A stretch of 64,000 nt of DNA, taken from positions 5,616 through 69,615 of IMG/VR virus record IMGVR_UViG_3300032305_001907; one strand, 5' to 3'. Source of the DNA: a virus. Lineage: Duplodnaviria; Caudoviricetes. Below the pieces are notes generated by a model. That model saw only the letters and a program-made list of their open reading frames with translations, did no database searches and was not told where the DNA came from. Positions 1-8,252 of the stretch are shown piece after piece. Each line of letters starts with the position of its first letter. The stretch's first letter is position 1. A program made the translations under genes and the position numbers.

Positions 1-1
1 G

Positions 2-160
2 CACGGCACGGATAGTGGCCTGGCTCTGGGCCTTGCTGATTTCCTCCTGCTCGATGGCTTCTGCAACCAGCCAGCCACCATGCTTCTTCAAGCGAAGATG
101 CTCAGTCAGTGCAAAATATTCTGCTTCCTTGGACTGAAGAAGAAAACTATACTTGCTCAT
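2..160 (-). CDS. Probable tail assembly chaperone, N-terminal part (runs off window)
   Basis: ATG at 160, open frame MSKYSFLLQSKEAEYFALTEHLRLKKHGGWLVAEAIEQEEISKAQSQ...; not in ORF track because truncated; function from position downstream of tail tube genes. Confidence 0.45.
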   Translation of the reverse strand, partial: MSKYSFLLQSKEAEYFALTEHLRLKKHGGWLVAEAIEQEEISKAQSQATIRAV

Positions 161-386
161 GGGACAGAATGGTAAGAGGAACGTTAAAGGCCTTCACTCG
201 TTCGCTGCTAGAGCGAAATTCAAGCGGCACTTCAATGATGAAACGATGATGTTCGTTTGTAATTCTAGTGGTGGTTTCAGTGCAGGTCACAACACAGAGG
301 ATGCCCACTTCTAACGTGCTGCCATTGGCTTGGCAGTTGATTGCATGCACTCTGCCGTCATCGCTTTTTAAGTAGTCAATTTGCAT
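147..386 (-). CDS. Hypothetical protein (tail operon)
   Basis: 79-aa ORF, overlaps both neighbours, co-oriented. Confidence 0.5.
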   Translation of the reverse strand: MQIDYLKSDDGRVHAINCQANGSTLEVGILCVVTCTETTTRITNEHHRFIIEVPLEFRSSSERVKAFNVPLTILSHEQV

Positions 387-850
387 TAGAGAGCAGCCAT
401 GGCCTTGCTGACCCGCAGTCTAAAGTTGATGCCTGGTGCTTTCAAGAAGAAGGACGATGCCACCGAAATGTCATCAGTGAATGGCCGTGCCGTGGTGTTA
501 CTGCCACGACCCTCGTGAACATAGATGGCATATTCTTTTCCAGACGTGTTTTTTGCATCCCAATGCCAGTTGGCCGTAACCATCGCGCCAGTGTTTTCAA
601 TCACAGAACTATCTATTCCGCTTTGATACAAAAGACCAAGATCGTAGATGTCCCTTGGGGTGTCAACAACTTCTCCGTTTTTTCGTACAGTTGGCTTGTC
701 GCCCAAGTCATAGTCCCATTTCGACATATTCTTGAATTGCTCGTCCCAATGCTTCTTGTTGATGTCCTCCTTCACCCAGGTCTCAAAGGCCTGGACTAAG
801 GCATATTCAATGGTTCTAGCATTGATAAGTTTTGCGCCAACAATTGCCAT
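386..850 (-). CDS. HK97 gp10-like tail completion/neck protein
   Basis: Motifs PRDIYDLGLLYQS and YAIYVHEG...ARPF resemble HK97 gp10 family; start taken at MAIVG (850). Confidence 0.6.
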   Translation of the reverse strand: MAIVGAKLINARTIEYALVQAFETWVKEDINKKHWDEQFKNMSKWDYDLGDKPTVRKNGEVVDTPRDIYDLGLLYQSGIDSSVIENTGAMVTANWHWDAKNTSGKEYAIYVHEGRGSNTTARPFTDDISVASSFFLKAPGINFRLRVSKAMAAL

Positions 851-852
851 GG

Positions 853-1263
853 TTAGCCTGCAGGATAAAGATTGCGAACCACCATGTCTGGAATGATAAA
901 ACGACAACGCTCATAGGCCACGTCATCTCCAGGCGTATAGCGCACCGTTGCATCAGGGAATCGCCTAACCATTCGGTCCATGGCATCAGCCAAATTAGTG
1001 CCAGAAGGCGTGTATTGCACCATTATTGACTCCCATTGCTGCAACACTCTCACTGTTCCCATCATTGCCGTAGGCAAGCGTTCTGGAAATTCACGCATGG
1101 TAACTTCCAAGCCAGTCACCTTCCAATCAGAAGGCACTGATTGTCGTCCCACAACGTAGATTGCTGGAGTGGTCGTATTATTTGGAAGCGTGTAAGTGCC
1201 CAGTAAACTCGGAGAGTCAGTCAAGAGCGTATTGATTGCGTCTCGTAGCTGGGTGATGTTCAT
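853..1263 (-). CDS. Putative tail terminator/neck protein
   Basis: 136 aa, between tail tube and gp10-like genes; synteny only. Confidence 0.45.
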   Translation of the reverse strand: MNITQLRDAINTLLTDSPSLLGTYTLPNNTTTPAIYVVGRQSVPSDWKVTGLEVTMREFPERLPTAMMGTVRVLQQWESIMVQYTPSGTNLADAMDRMVRRFPDATVRYTPGDDVAYERCRFIIPDMVVRNLYPAG

Positions 1264-1267
1264 GGTA

Positions 1268-1294
1268 TTAAAAAGCCCCTCCTTAAGGAGAGGC
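1268..1294 (-). terminator. Intrinsic terminator after major tail gene
   Basis: Minus strand GCCTCTCCTT-AAGGAGGGGC hairpin followed by TTTTT. Confidence 0.7.
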
Positions 1295-1319
1295 TAGCAA
1301 GAAACAATGGGAAAGGGGA

Positions 1320-1901
1320 TCAAACGTTAGAAGTGGTCGGGATGATGCTGCCAGTTTCCTGAGCATTCTGGTGAATGCCAATACGACCACGGCTCATCAC
1401 ATCAAACGTAACTTCCACGAGGTTGTCAGCGGGATAGCTTTCATTCAGATTCATCGCACGGCCCACAAAGGCCACACGGTCATAGAAGAAAGTGGTGCCG
1501 CTGGAACCCAGTTGCTTGTTCACTTCAAAATACACTTCTGCGTTCTTGTCATAACGAGAAGCAGCAATCACCTGGAAAGCTTCGTCAAAACTGTTGGGAA
1601 GGAACACCGTGCCATCCACATCCTTCTGGAAGTAGGTGGTGACGGAAGCAGTGGCCGCAGAGGTGACGATAACGCTGTCAGAGAAGCCGCCGCCACCAAG
1701 GACGTAGAATTCAGTGTTGTTATCGTTATATGCCATGGAGGCCGTAGTGGCGGCCTGCAGGGTGTAGAGCGTGGGAGCGCCGCTAACGGTGAAGGTGGCG
1801 CCGCTCTGCGTGATAATGGGGCGAGTCGTGCCAGTGATCGAGCCAACGCGAATGATAACGTCTTGGCTCTTAACCAGTTCTGTGGGGTGGTAAATAGTCA
1901 T
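1320..1901 (-). CDS. Major tail (tube) protein
   Basis: 193 aa, beta-strand-rich, ends ...DNLVEVTFDVMSRG; followed by a terminator; canonical position. Confidence 0.65.
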   Translation of the reverse strand: MTIYHPTELVKSQDVIIRVGSITGTTRPIITQSGATFTVSGAPTLYTLQAATTASMAYNDNNTEFYVLGGGGFSDSVIVTSAATASVTTYFQKDVDGTVFLPNSFDEAFQVIAASRYDKNAEVYFEVNKQLGSSGTTFFYDRVAFVGRAMNLNESYPADNLVEVTFDVMSRGRIGIHQNAQETGSIIPTTSNV

Positions 1902-1928
1902 GTGTCCTCGATGGGAGAATGGGAACGA

Positions 1929-2318
1929 TTAAGCGTTCAAGACGCTTCCTTTACCAACCAGTCTAAAGATTCCCCTGATTGGTGTGCCAAGAAATTGCCA
2001 ATAATGCTCAACAAGTTGCTCATTAGGCAATAATTCAAACCGTCCCTCTCTCCCATTGATAGTGGCAGAAGCGCTATTGCCAGGAGTGATGCCAGACAGG
2101 GCCAAAGGTCCAGTTAAGCGCCCCTCCATATACACAGCAGTATTATCAGCACCAAGCAGATAATCATACCGTGGATTGGTCTTTTGCTTCAAACTGGCAT
2201 AGTACACTACTCCGCTTGAAACGGGAATGTAATTACCAGTGGATGCGTCAACGGTGTAGCCAGAGGCAACACTCCACTCAAGAGTGGCATTAGCCAGTGG
2301 CGACATCCCGTTGATCAT
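1929..2318 (-). CDS. Putative head closure/stopper protein
   Basis: 129 aa, directly downstream of head-tail connector. Confidence 0.45.
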   Translation of the reverse strand: MINGMSPLANATLEWSVASGYTVDASTGNYIPVSSGVVYYASLKQKTNPRYDYLLGADNTAVYMEGRLTGPLALSGITPGNSASATINGREGRFELLPNEQLVEHYWQFLGTPIRGIFRLVGKGSVLNA

Positions 2319-2629
2319 ACGACAAAACCAATGGTGAAAGAACCGGCGACGGTTTCGAGCATTCGCTTGAACTCTTGGCCATATTGAGTGGCTTCAAGTC
2401 CTTTGCCATATACCTTGCCATCAGTGGCACCCACTTGGATGCCCATTTGTGCAAGTTGAATGGCAATGATGTGAGCCGCAAGGTGCTTCACGGCACGATC
2501 TGTCTGGTCTCCAAACACATCGACGGAAGCATCAGCAGTTGCTTCAGAGATGGCTCCATTCACAATGCCCGCAGGATGCGGAGTGAACTCAGGGAAACGA
2601 TCAAGAAAATTAGAGTAGGTGACGGCCAT
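2315..2629 (-). CDS. Head-tail connector (DUF4054-like)
   Basis: N-terminal FLDRFPEF and late TQYGQEF motifs typical of DUF4054 adaptors. Confidence 0.7.
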   Translation of the reverse strand: MAVTYSNFLDRFPEFTPHPAGIVNGAISEATADASVDVFGDQTDRAVKHLAAHIIAIQLAQMGIQVGATDGKVYGKGLEATQYGQEFKRMLETVAGSFTIGFVV

Positions 2630-2631
2630 GA

Positions 2632-3018
2632 TCAGGCCCTCCCGGCTTTAATCGTTTCCTGACGTTTGGAAATGGCATTCCGCACCTTAATGCGACCTTC
2701 AATCTTCTTCCATTCAGCCAATTGCTCGACATCATGGATGATTTCAATCACACGAAATGCTTCAAGCAGGGGCAGGTTGCTCAGTGTTTGCACGTCCTGT
2801 GGAATTTCTTCTACAGTCACTTGCTCCTGAACTTCCTCAATGGCGCCAATTGCCATAAGGCGCTTGACAGTAGCGTTTTGACGCGCCTGTAGCCATTGCT
2901 GTTCTGGCACCTCTTGATTGAGCCCTGGAGCCAGTTGAATGAGGCCAGTTTCAGTGACAACACCAAAACCACCTTCACGAGGCGGGTTTTCAAGGTCGGG
3001 GCGGTAAGCGATTAGCAT
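2632..3018 (-). CDS. Hypothetical head-module protein
   Basis: 128 aa from MLIAYRP (3018); follows MCP stop; the longer ORF-track extension overlaps MCP and is unlikely. Confidence 0.6.
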   Translation of the reverse strand: MLIAYRPDLENPPREGGFGVVTETGLIQLAPGLNQEVPEQQWLQARQNATVKRLMAIGAIEEVQEQVTVEEIPQDVQTLSNLPLLEAFRVIEIIHDVEQLAEWKKIEGRIKVRNAISKRQETIKAGRA

Positions 3019-3070
3019 TGTGAATGTTCTTAAGAACTGCTGATAGCTTAACGCCCTTTCCTCTCTAGGC

Positions 3071-3985
3071 TCAAGAAGAAGCTTGAACGTAGATGACGCT
3101 CTTGGGATAGTACAGAGCCACACCACCCACGCGAGCGTGAGCAGGAACAATGAACTCCAGACCACGCTGTTGAGCGGGGAATAGCTCAAGGGGCTGGGGA
3201 ATGTGCAGTTGCACCTTCTCGGGGTCACGCTTGTACACAACCATGCGGCTAGTGTTAAGACGACCACCGTTGTTACCCTGAGTCAGTTGGTTGATGGGCT
3301 CAACATTACGGATGTAGGGGTTGGTACGCAGGAAGTATTCGAGCACGGTCACGTCCGAAGAATCGGAGTTGCGGGTGGTCGAAATCTTGTTGTAGTCGGC
3401 GTAACCAAGCAGGATGGTGTCAGGCTGCTCCTTCATCTTGGAAGCGCTGATGATGGCAGTAACGCCATAGTTCAGCAGTTCAAGCATTTCCTGGGCAGTG
3501 ATGCCAACGGTGGAGAACCACTTATCAGCAGCAACAATGTCCACAGTGGAGTTGTTGAAGAAACCAGACAGGCCAACGGTGCTCTCGCCAAAGAGGGCAA
3601 CGCTTTCCACTTTCTCTTCATAAGCGCGACGCACTGCAGCAGCACGACGTTGCTCAAGGGCAATGTTTGCCATTTGAGCGGCACGCAGTTCCTGAACGGT
3701 ATAGCCGAAGGAACCACCGAAGGAGCGGATGTTGATGCTCTTCTCCACTTGGCTGATGTCAGCGCGGGGAAGATCATCAGCAGCGTCAGCCAGAAGGCGG
3801 AACTCACCAGTCGAATCCATGATCCGATAGGTGAAGGTTTGAGCGCCAGGACCAGCTTCGCTAGTCACAGGCAGAATGGTGGGATACTTGATGTCAGCGT
3901 ACTGAATTTCAAATACCTGGGGACGGATGAACTCAAGCTGACGCTCAAGAAACAGACCCGCCGTATCCATGCGAAAATCGGTCAT
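3071..3985 (-). CDS. Major capsid protein (DUF2184 family, HK97 fold)
   Basis: 304 aa; LERQLEFI..VFE.QYADIK, YTVQELRAAQ, HARVGGV..YYP motifs of DUF2184 capsids. Confidence 0.9.
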   Translation of the reverse strand: MTDFRMDTAGLFLERQLEFIRPQVFEIQYADIKYPTILPVTSEAGPGAQTFTYRIMDSTGEFRLLADAADDLPRADISQVEKSINIRSFGGSFGYTVQELRAAQMANIALEQRRAAAVRRAYEEKVESVALFGESTVGLSGFFNNSTVDIVAADKWFSTVGITAQEMLELLNYGVTAIISASKMKEQPDTILLGYADYNKISTTRNSDSSDVTVLEYFLRTNPYIRNVEPINQLTQGNNGGRLNTSRMVVYKRDPEKVQLHIPQPLELFPAQQRGLEFIVPAHARVGGVALYYPKSVIYVQASS

Positions 3986-3998
3986 GAGGGTGCTCCTA

Positions 3999-4559
3999 TC
4001 AAGAATCGGCGGAGAGAGTGAAGCTCGGGCCGTTCAGCTCAAGAACTGCCAAACCACTACCGGTGGTAGAAGTGAGGTAGCGAGCATTAGAAAGACGCAC
4101 GGTCTTGCCCGAAGCAAAAGCATGGCTGAATTGACCGGCTTTACCAGTGCCGCTAGCGCTGTAAAGCACGCGAACAATGGAAGCAGGGGTAACAGCACCA
4201 GTCACATAGACGGCAACAGCGCCTTCGTTGGCAACGTTCATCACTTGCTGAACTTTCACACCAGGACGGCCATCGCCATTCAGTGCAGTTTCGTCAACAT
4301 AGGTGAGAACATTCAAACCAACAACAGTGTCGCTAGCGCCAGAGATGGTAGTAGCAGAGTTGGCAACAGTGCCAGCCACGTTGTACACTTGCACACCACC
4401 GAAGGGCTGCACAACGGCAGTTTCGTTGATGTAGGTGCCAATCGTGTTGTCGCGGATGTCAGAGAGTTGACCTTCGTTGAAGCGGTCGTGCGTAAAAGCA
4501 TAAGCTTGTTGCACGCCACCAACAGAGGCAGTCCCCGAGGCAGAAAAAGTAACGGCCAT
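3999..4559 (-). CDS. Capsid decoration/cement protein
   Basis: 186 aa, small-residue rich beta protein between protease/scaffold and MCP. Confidence 0.65.
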   Translation of the reverse strand: MAVTFSASGTASVGGVQQAYAFTHDRFNEGQLSDIRDNTIGTYINETAVVQPFGGVQVYNVAGTVANSATTISGASDTVVGLNVLTYVDETALNGDGRPGVKVQQVMNVANEGAVAVYVTGAVTPASIVRVLYSASGTGKAGQFSHAFASGKTVRLSNARYLTSTTGSGLAVLELNGPSFTLSADS

Positions 4560-4562
4560 GGA

Positions 4563-5753
4563 TCAGCGCTCCTTAGAGACGGAGAGGGGGGTTTTCCATG
4601 CGTTTTGCAGCTTGTCCATATAGGACGAAGGTGCAGACATGGGGGAGGCAATGGAAGCAACGGCTTGACGCAGTTCGCTCGTGCTGGAGTCATCACGGGC
4701 GCCAGCTTCAGCCAAGGTGTCGAACATGGCAGTAACGTAATCATCGGAACGATCCGACAGATCAGCATCACTACGAACGGCCTTGATGGAAGCTTCCATG
4801 ATTTCACGGACAGACTTGCCAGCGAAATCAAAAGCGGAATCAAGAGAAGGACGAGCTTTGTCAATGAGAGCAATGCGCTCATCAACGAGGCTGTCCACAT
4901 TCACTTGCTTGGCAGCTTCAAGATCAGCCTTGAGGCTTTCCACTTCTTCGGCAAGAGCATCGGCACGCCCTTCGGCGGAGTCGCACTTACCTTTCATTTC
5001 CTTTTGCATGGCATCCATTTCTTCCTTCATTTCGGAAGCTTTGGACATCATGCCATCGTACATTTTCTTCATGTCCTCGTAGGACATTTTGGCGTCTTCT
5101 CGTTCTTTGGTGATGGCTAGAGCTACGCTCTCGGTCACCTCAAACTCGGCGCCATCGAAATTGACTTTTGCAGTCACGGATGGTTCCTCAATAGGAGTAA
5201 TTAGAGAAGGATCGGCAGCATCTAGGCGATCTAGATGTAGCTTCACCTGCGGGCCTGCGCGGCCACGACGAACGACGGCAATGTGATTTCCGAGGATGCC
5301 TGTTTGAACACCATCGTAATTTTCACCGCTTTCTGTCACGCCAGGCGTAGAGTCGTAATTAACTCTGTAGCCAGCGCTAACCTCTTTCGCATCGCCACGC
5401 ATAATGCGTTCAATGGCATCTTGGTCGGTGATTGTCATGACGGCACGGACGAATCCATTGTCATAAACCACTTCAGTGCCACTGAAGCCAATTTGATAGT
5501 CCTTTGTATTGGCGCTATCAAGAAGGACTGGTGGATGTTCCAGAGTGATTGCTTTGCCCGCAAATGAGGCCAAGCTTTCGGGAGACGCCACTTCAGTTTC
5601 GGGACGATATTCACGCCGAACTGAACCGTCCGAATCAGTGTACATTTGTACACCAGTGCGGGCGATAGTAGACCAACACCGGAGATAGCCCTCTGGCGTC
5701 AGCTCGTACTTATCAATTGGCGCTACGTCGTAGCGAAAGCAAGTAGTGCTCAT
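4563..5753 (-). CDS. DUF2213 prohead protease-scaffold protein
   Basis: IARTGVQMY, ITLEHP, KEVSAGY, GNHIAVVRRGRAG motifs; C-terminal coiled-coil scaffold region. Confidence 0.85.
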   Translation of the reverse strand: MSTTCFRYDVAPIDKYELTPEGYLRCWSTIARTGVQMYTDSDGSVRREYRPETEVASPESLASFAGKAITLEHPPVLLDSANTKDYQIGFSGTEVVYDNGFVRAVMTITDQDAIERIMRGDAKEVSAGYRVNYDSTPGVTESGENYDGVQTGILGNHIAVVRRGRAGPQVKLHLDRLDAADPSLITPIEEPSVTAKVNFDGAEFEVTESVALAITKEREDAKMSYEDMKKMYDGMMSKASEMKEEMDAMQKEMKGKCDSAEGRADALAEEVESLKADLEAAKQVNVDSLVDERIALIDKARPSLDSAFDFAGKSVREIMEASIKAVRSDADLSDRSDDYVTAMFDTLAEAGARDDSSTSELRQAVASIASPMSAPSSYMDKLQNAWKTPLSVSKER

Positions 5754-5786
5754 ACATTAAGAATAACGCAAAAGAATGTGCATGTT

Positions 5787-6098
5787 ATGATTCTTGAACC
5801 ACGCATGAATCAGATGACTAGGGTTTTGGTTGATAGCGTCAATGCCTTGCGAATGCCCCATTATCAGCGCCGCTTATTGGTGGCTCAACGCATGAAAGAC
5901 GCTAGGGAAAATAGCGGCCTTTCTCAGAGAGATGTTGCTAGGTCTTTGCATATTGGACAAGCCACTTACTGCCGCATGGAAAAAGCCGAAACAGAACCCT
6001 CTGCCGTACAGCTCACCACTCTTAGCAGTCTTTATGGCTTGTCAGTGTTGTGGCTACTTGGTATGCCAAATTATGTGGTCACCACAGCGAGGCCTTAA
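5787..6098 (+). CDS. XRE/Cro-C1 family HTH regulator
   Basis: RMKDARENSGLSQRDVARSLHIGQATYCRMEKAETEP is a classic HTH_3; start uncertain. Confidence 0.8.
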   Translation: MILEPRMNQMTRVLVDSVNALRMPHYQRRLLVAQRMKDARENSGLSQRDVARSLHIGQATYCRMEKAETEPSAVQLTTLSSLYGLSVLWLLGMPNYVVTTARP

Positions 6099-6409
6099 TC
6101 CTCGTCGTCGTCTTCCTCGCGGATCTCTCGCAACTGATTTTCAACTTCTTCCATTATGTATGCCTTGGCAATTGCTTGCACTTCAAACACCAGCATCTTC
6201 ACTGGCTCAAAATTTACATCGGGCTGCCTATAGACCGACTCGCAATAAATGTGAGTTTCGTCAAGGCGGCCATTCTTGAAGCATTGCTTCTCGACCAAAT
6301 GCCACTCGCTTGTACTCCTATGTTCATTGGATGAAAGCACGGCAAGCGCCTTCAGCACTCCAATGCCATCTTCGTCCTCTTTTTCTATGACGTGAACGTA
6401 TTCACTCAT
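6095..6409 (-). CDS. Hypothetical protein
   Basis: 104 aa from MSEYV, overlapping upstream stop. Confidence 0.6.
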   Translation of the reverse strand: MSEYVHVIEKEDEDGIGVLKALAVLSSNEHRSTSEWHLVEKQCFKNGRLDETHIYCESVYRQPDVNFEPVKMLVFEVQAIAKAYIMEEVENQLREIREEDDDED

Positions 6410-6656
6410 TGGACTGCCGCTTTTCAACCATCTTAATCACACGATTTGCCCATGCCCTACCGGCAGCGCCACCCCATAATTCTCCTGCGATAAATCCCGC
6501 ATCATCCTCTCCACCTGCTAAATTCTTTGCATGGCGAGAGAAGAATGCTGCCATTCGCTTAATTGTCTCATAGCTTACACTTTCGCCATTGGCCAATGAA
6601 GCAGCGCGAGCCACTCCACTCCCAATGCCCTGTTTCCCGGCCTCCTGCGTGGTCAT
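6402..6656 (-). CDS. Head-module conserved domain; probably translated as the -1 frameshift extension of the DUF6496 ORF (frame open to 6761)
   Basis: ARAASLANG..SYETIKRMAAFFSRH...LWGGAAGRAWA; the domain-like sequence continues upstream of the ATG (FSPPSSVRAAARRGLELRKKYGKGG) with no start codon. Confidence 0.7.
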   Translation of the reverse strand: MTTQEAGKQGIGSGVARAASLANGESVSYETIKRMAAFFSRHAKNLAGGEDDAGFIAGELWGGAAGRAWANRVIKMVEKRQSNE

Positions 6657-6723
6657 GCCGCCTTTGCCATACTTCTTGCGTAGTTCCAGGCCGCGACGCG
6701 CTGCAGCCCGTACAGACGATGGA

Positions 6724-6761
6724 GGGGAGAACGATTCAGCGTCTCCCCTTAGGCCTTTGGG
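6724..6761 (-). other. Programmed -1 ribosomal frameshift signal (C CCA AAG + 6 nt + stem-loop)
   Basis: Heptamer at 6755-6761, spacer GCCTAA, hairpin GGGGAGACG-CTGAAT-CGTTCTCCCC at 6724-6748, GAGGAGG 7 nt upstream. Confidence 0.75.
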
Positions 6762-7042
6762 GAGTCTTCCTCCTCTTCTTCCATGCCCTCTTCCTCTTCC
6801 TCCTCTTCTTCGCCCATGATCGTCAGGACGTAGCTATCCCAATAGGCATCGCTCTTGCCCTGCATGCTCATGCCAGCTTCCGACAAGGCAATGGCAATGG
6901 CACGGCGACGATCAGTGATTTTTTCGCCACTGCTGCTCTTGAGCGTGCCAGCTTTGAATTCCTTGAGCACCCTGCGAATCTTGGCTTGCTTTGCCTTTTT
7001 GCCTTTAGGCATTGCAGCATCTTCGCGGCTATCGTCAGTCAC
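6749..7042 (-). CDS. DUF6496-like basic protein with acidic tail
   Basis: KIRRVLKEFKAGTLKSSSGEKITDRRRAIAIALSEAG matches the DUF6496 pattern; poly-Glu C-terminus. Confidence 0.7.
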   Translation of the reverse strand: MTDDSREDAAMPKGKKAKQAKIRRVLKEFKAGTLKSSSGEKITDRRRAIAIALSEAGMSMQGKSDAYWDSYVLTIMGEEEEEEEEGMEEEEEDSPKA

Positions 7043-7641
7043 AGTTTTCGTACCACAAACACTAAATCATCGTAGCGTCCTTTGGCACTGCGAAGATCCG
7101 CTCGTTCAAAAGCAAATTCACTGCCTAGTTTTTCTACTTCCGCTTCTAGGCTTGCGAACCACTGCACATCTTGCACGTCTTCAATGAGGGCAATGCCGCC
7201 TTCATTCAGCAGTGGGAGGTAAAGGCGCAGGAAATCAACCTGGCTTTGTAGCGTATGAGGACCATCGTCAATGATGAAGTCAATGCCACCAGAAGCTCCA
7301 GATTCCGCAAGATAGCCCACGTCGTCTGCGCCAATGTCGTTATAGGCATCTTGAAACAAGATGGAAGTACGATCTCGATCCACATGCTCAAGAATCCTGG
7401 GGGAAATGGAATTTACGTTGTCCACAAAGATAAACTGAGCTTTGGGCAAGTAATCCTGCCATAGCAGCATTGACCCACCGTATTGAATGCCGATTTCAAC
7501 CAGCGTAATTGCCTTGTCAACAAAGGGAGCCAAAAGTCGCTCGTAAAGCTCAATGTAGGAGTGAAAGGTGTCTTTATCAGTGCCGCCATCCTTTTCGTGG
7601 CCATTGATGTCGTAGTGAGCAATGATTTCGCGGAGAGTCAT
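7039..7641 (-). CDS. Class I SAM-dependent (O-)methyltransferase
   Basis: TDKDTFHSY, LVEIGIQYGGS, DFIIDDGPH, GIALIEDV motifs. Confidence 0.85.
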   Translation of the reverse strand: MTLREIIAHYDINGHEKDGGTDKDTFHSYIELYERLLAPFVDKAITLVEIGIQYGGSMLLWQDYLPKAQFIFVDNVNSISPRILEHVDRDRTSILFQDAYNDIGADDVGYLAESGASGGIDFIIDDGPHTLQSQVDFLRLYLPLLNEGGIALIEDVQDVQWFASLEAEVEKLGSEFAFERADLRSAKGRYDDLVFVVRKL

Positions 7642-8252
7642 GGTTGGAAATAAGAAGAACAGTAACTATGAGAAGGACAAGCCTGGTTGTAGTGGTCCAA
7701 GCCGGTTTCGTGCATGTTATGCACTTTGGCGGGAATAGAACCAATCCAAAACTCCTGACTCATGCGGTCGTGGTCATTCAGAAAAGCAGGATCCAGCTTA
7801 GCAAGGTGAGAAGCATTGGCCCACCAATAGTTGCCCGAAGAATGCTCCACGGGGAATGATCGCCAGTTCACTCCAACCACGTCATGATCATCCAACAGCA
7901 AGCATGCTTGCCGCCAGTTCATGATGATGAAATGTTGCATCATCATGCGCCAATCATCCTGGTTTTTGGTGGGATGAGAAATGCCCTTGCTATGGAAGTA
8001 AAGGATTTGAGAATCAGGGGAGGATTCGGCATAGTGCCGTGCCAGCAGAAGAGATGGCTTTTCAGAGAAACCATCTTCTCGATACACTTGCTTGTATGGT
8101 CCCTTCGGCAACGGAGACGAACCATTCACTGAAACAATGACTTCCGCATTGTCAAAAAGCCCACTGAGCATTAGCAGGCCCATTTGCTCGCTAAAGATTT
8201 GCTCCCAGTGGTGCGCTTGATACAAATGGTAGACGACAAAACGCTGCTTCAT
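7638..8252 (-). CDS. Putative glycosyltransferase-like protein
   Basis: LYFHSKG, DVVGVN, HSSGNYWWA motifs resembling viral GT-A-like proteins; lies within glyco cluster. Confidence 0.5.
   Translation of the reverse strand: MKQRFVVYHLYQAHHWEQIFSEQMGLLMLSGLFDNAEVIVSVNGSSPLPKGPYKQVYREDGFSEKPSLLLARHYAESSPDSQILYFHSKGISHPTKNQDDWRMMMQHFIIMNWRQACLLLDDHDVVGVNWRSFPVEHSSGNYWWANASHLAKLDPAFLNDHDRMSQEFWIGSIPAKVHNMHETGLDHYNQACPSHSYCSSYFQP

Noticed and set aside
341-5567. Long plus-strand ORFs (e.g. 1371-2033, 3203-4021, 3969-5120)
   Set aside because: Antisense shadows of well-supported minus-strand structural genes, with no motifs; the same applies to similar shadow ORFs throughout the window
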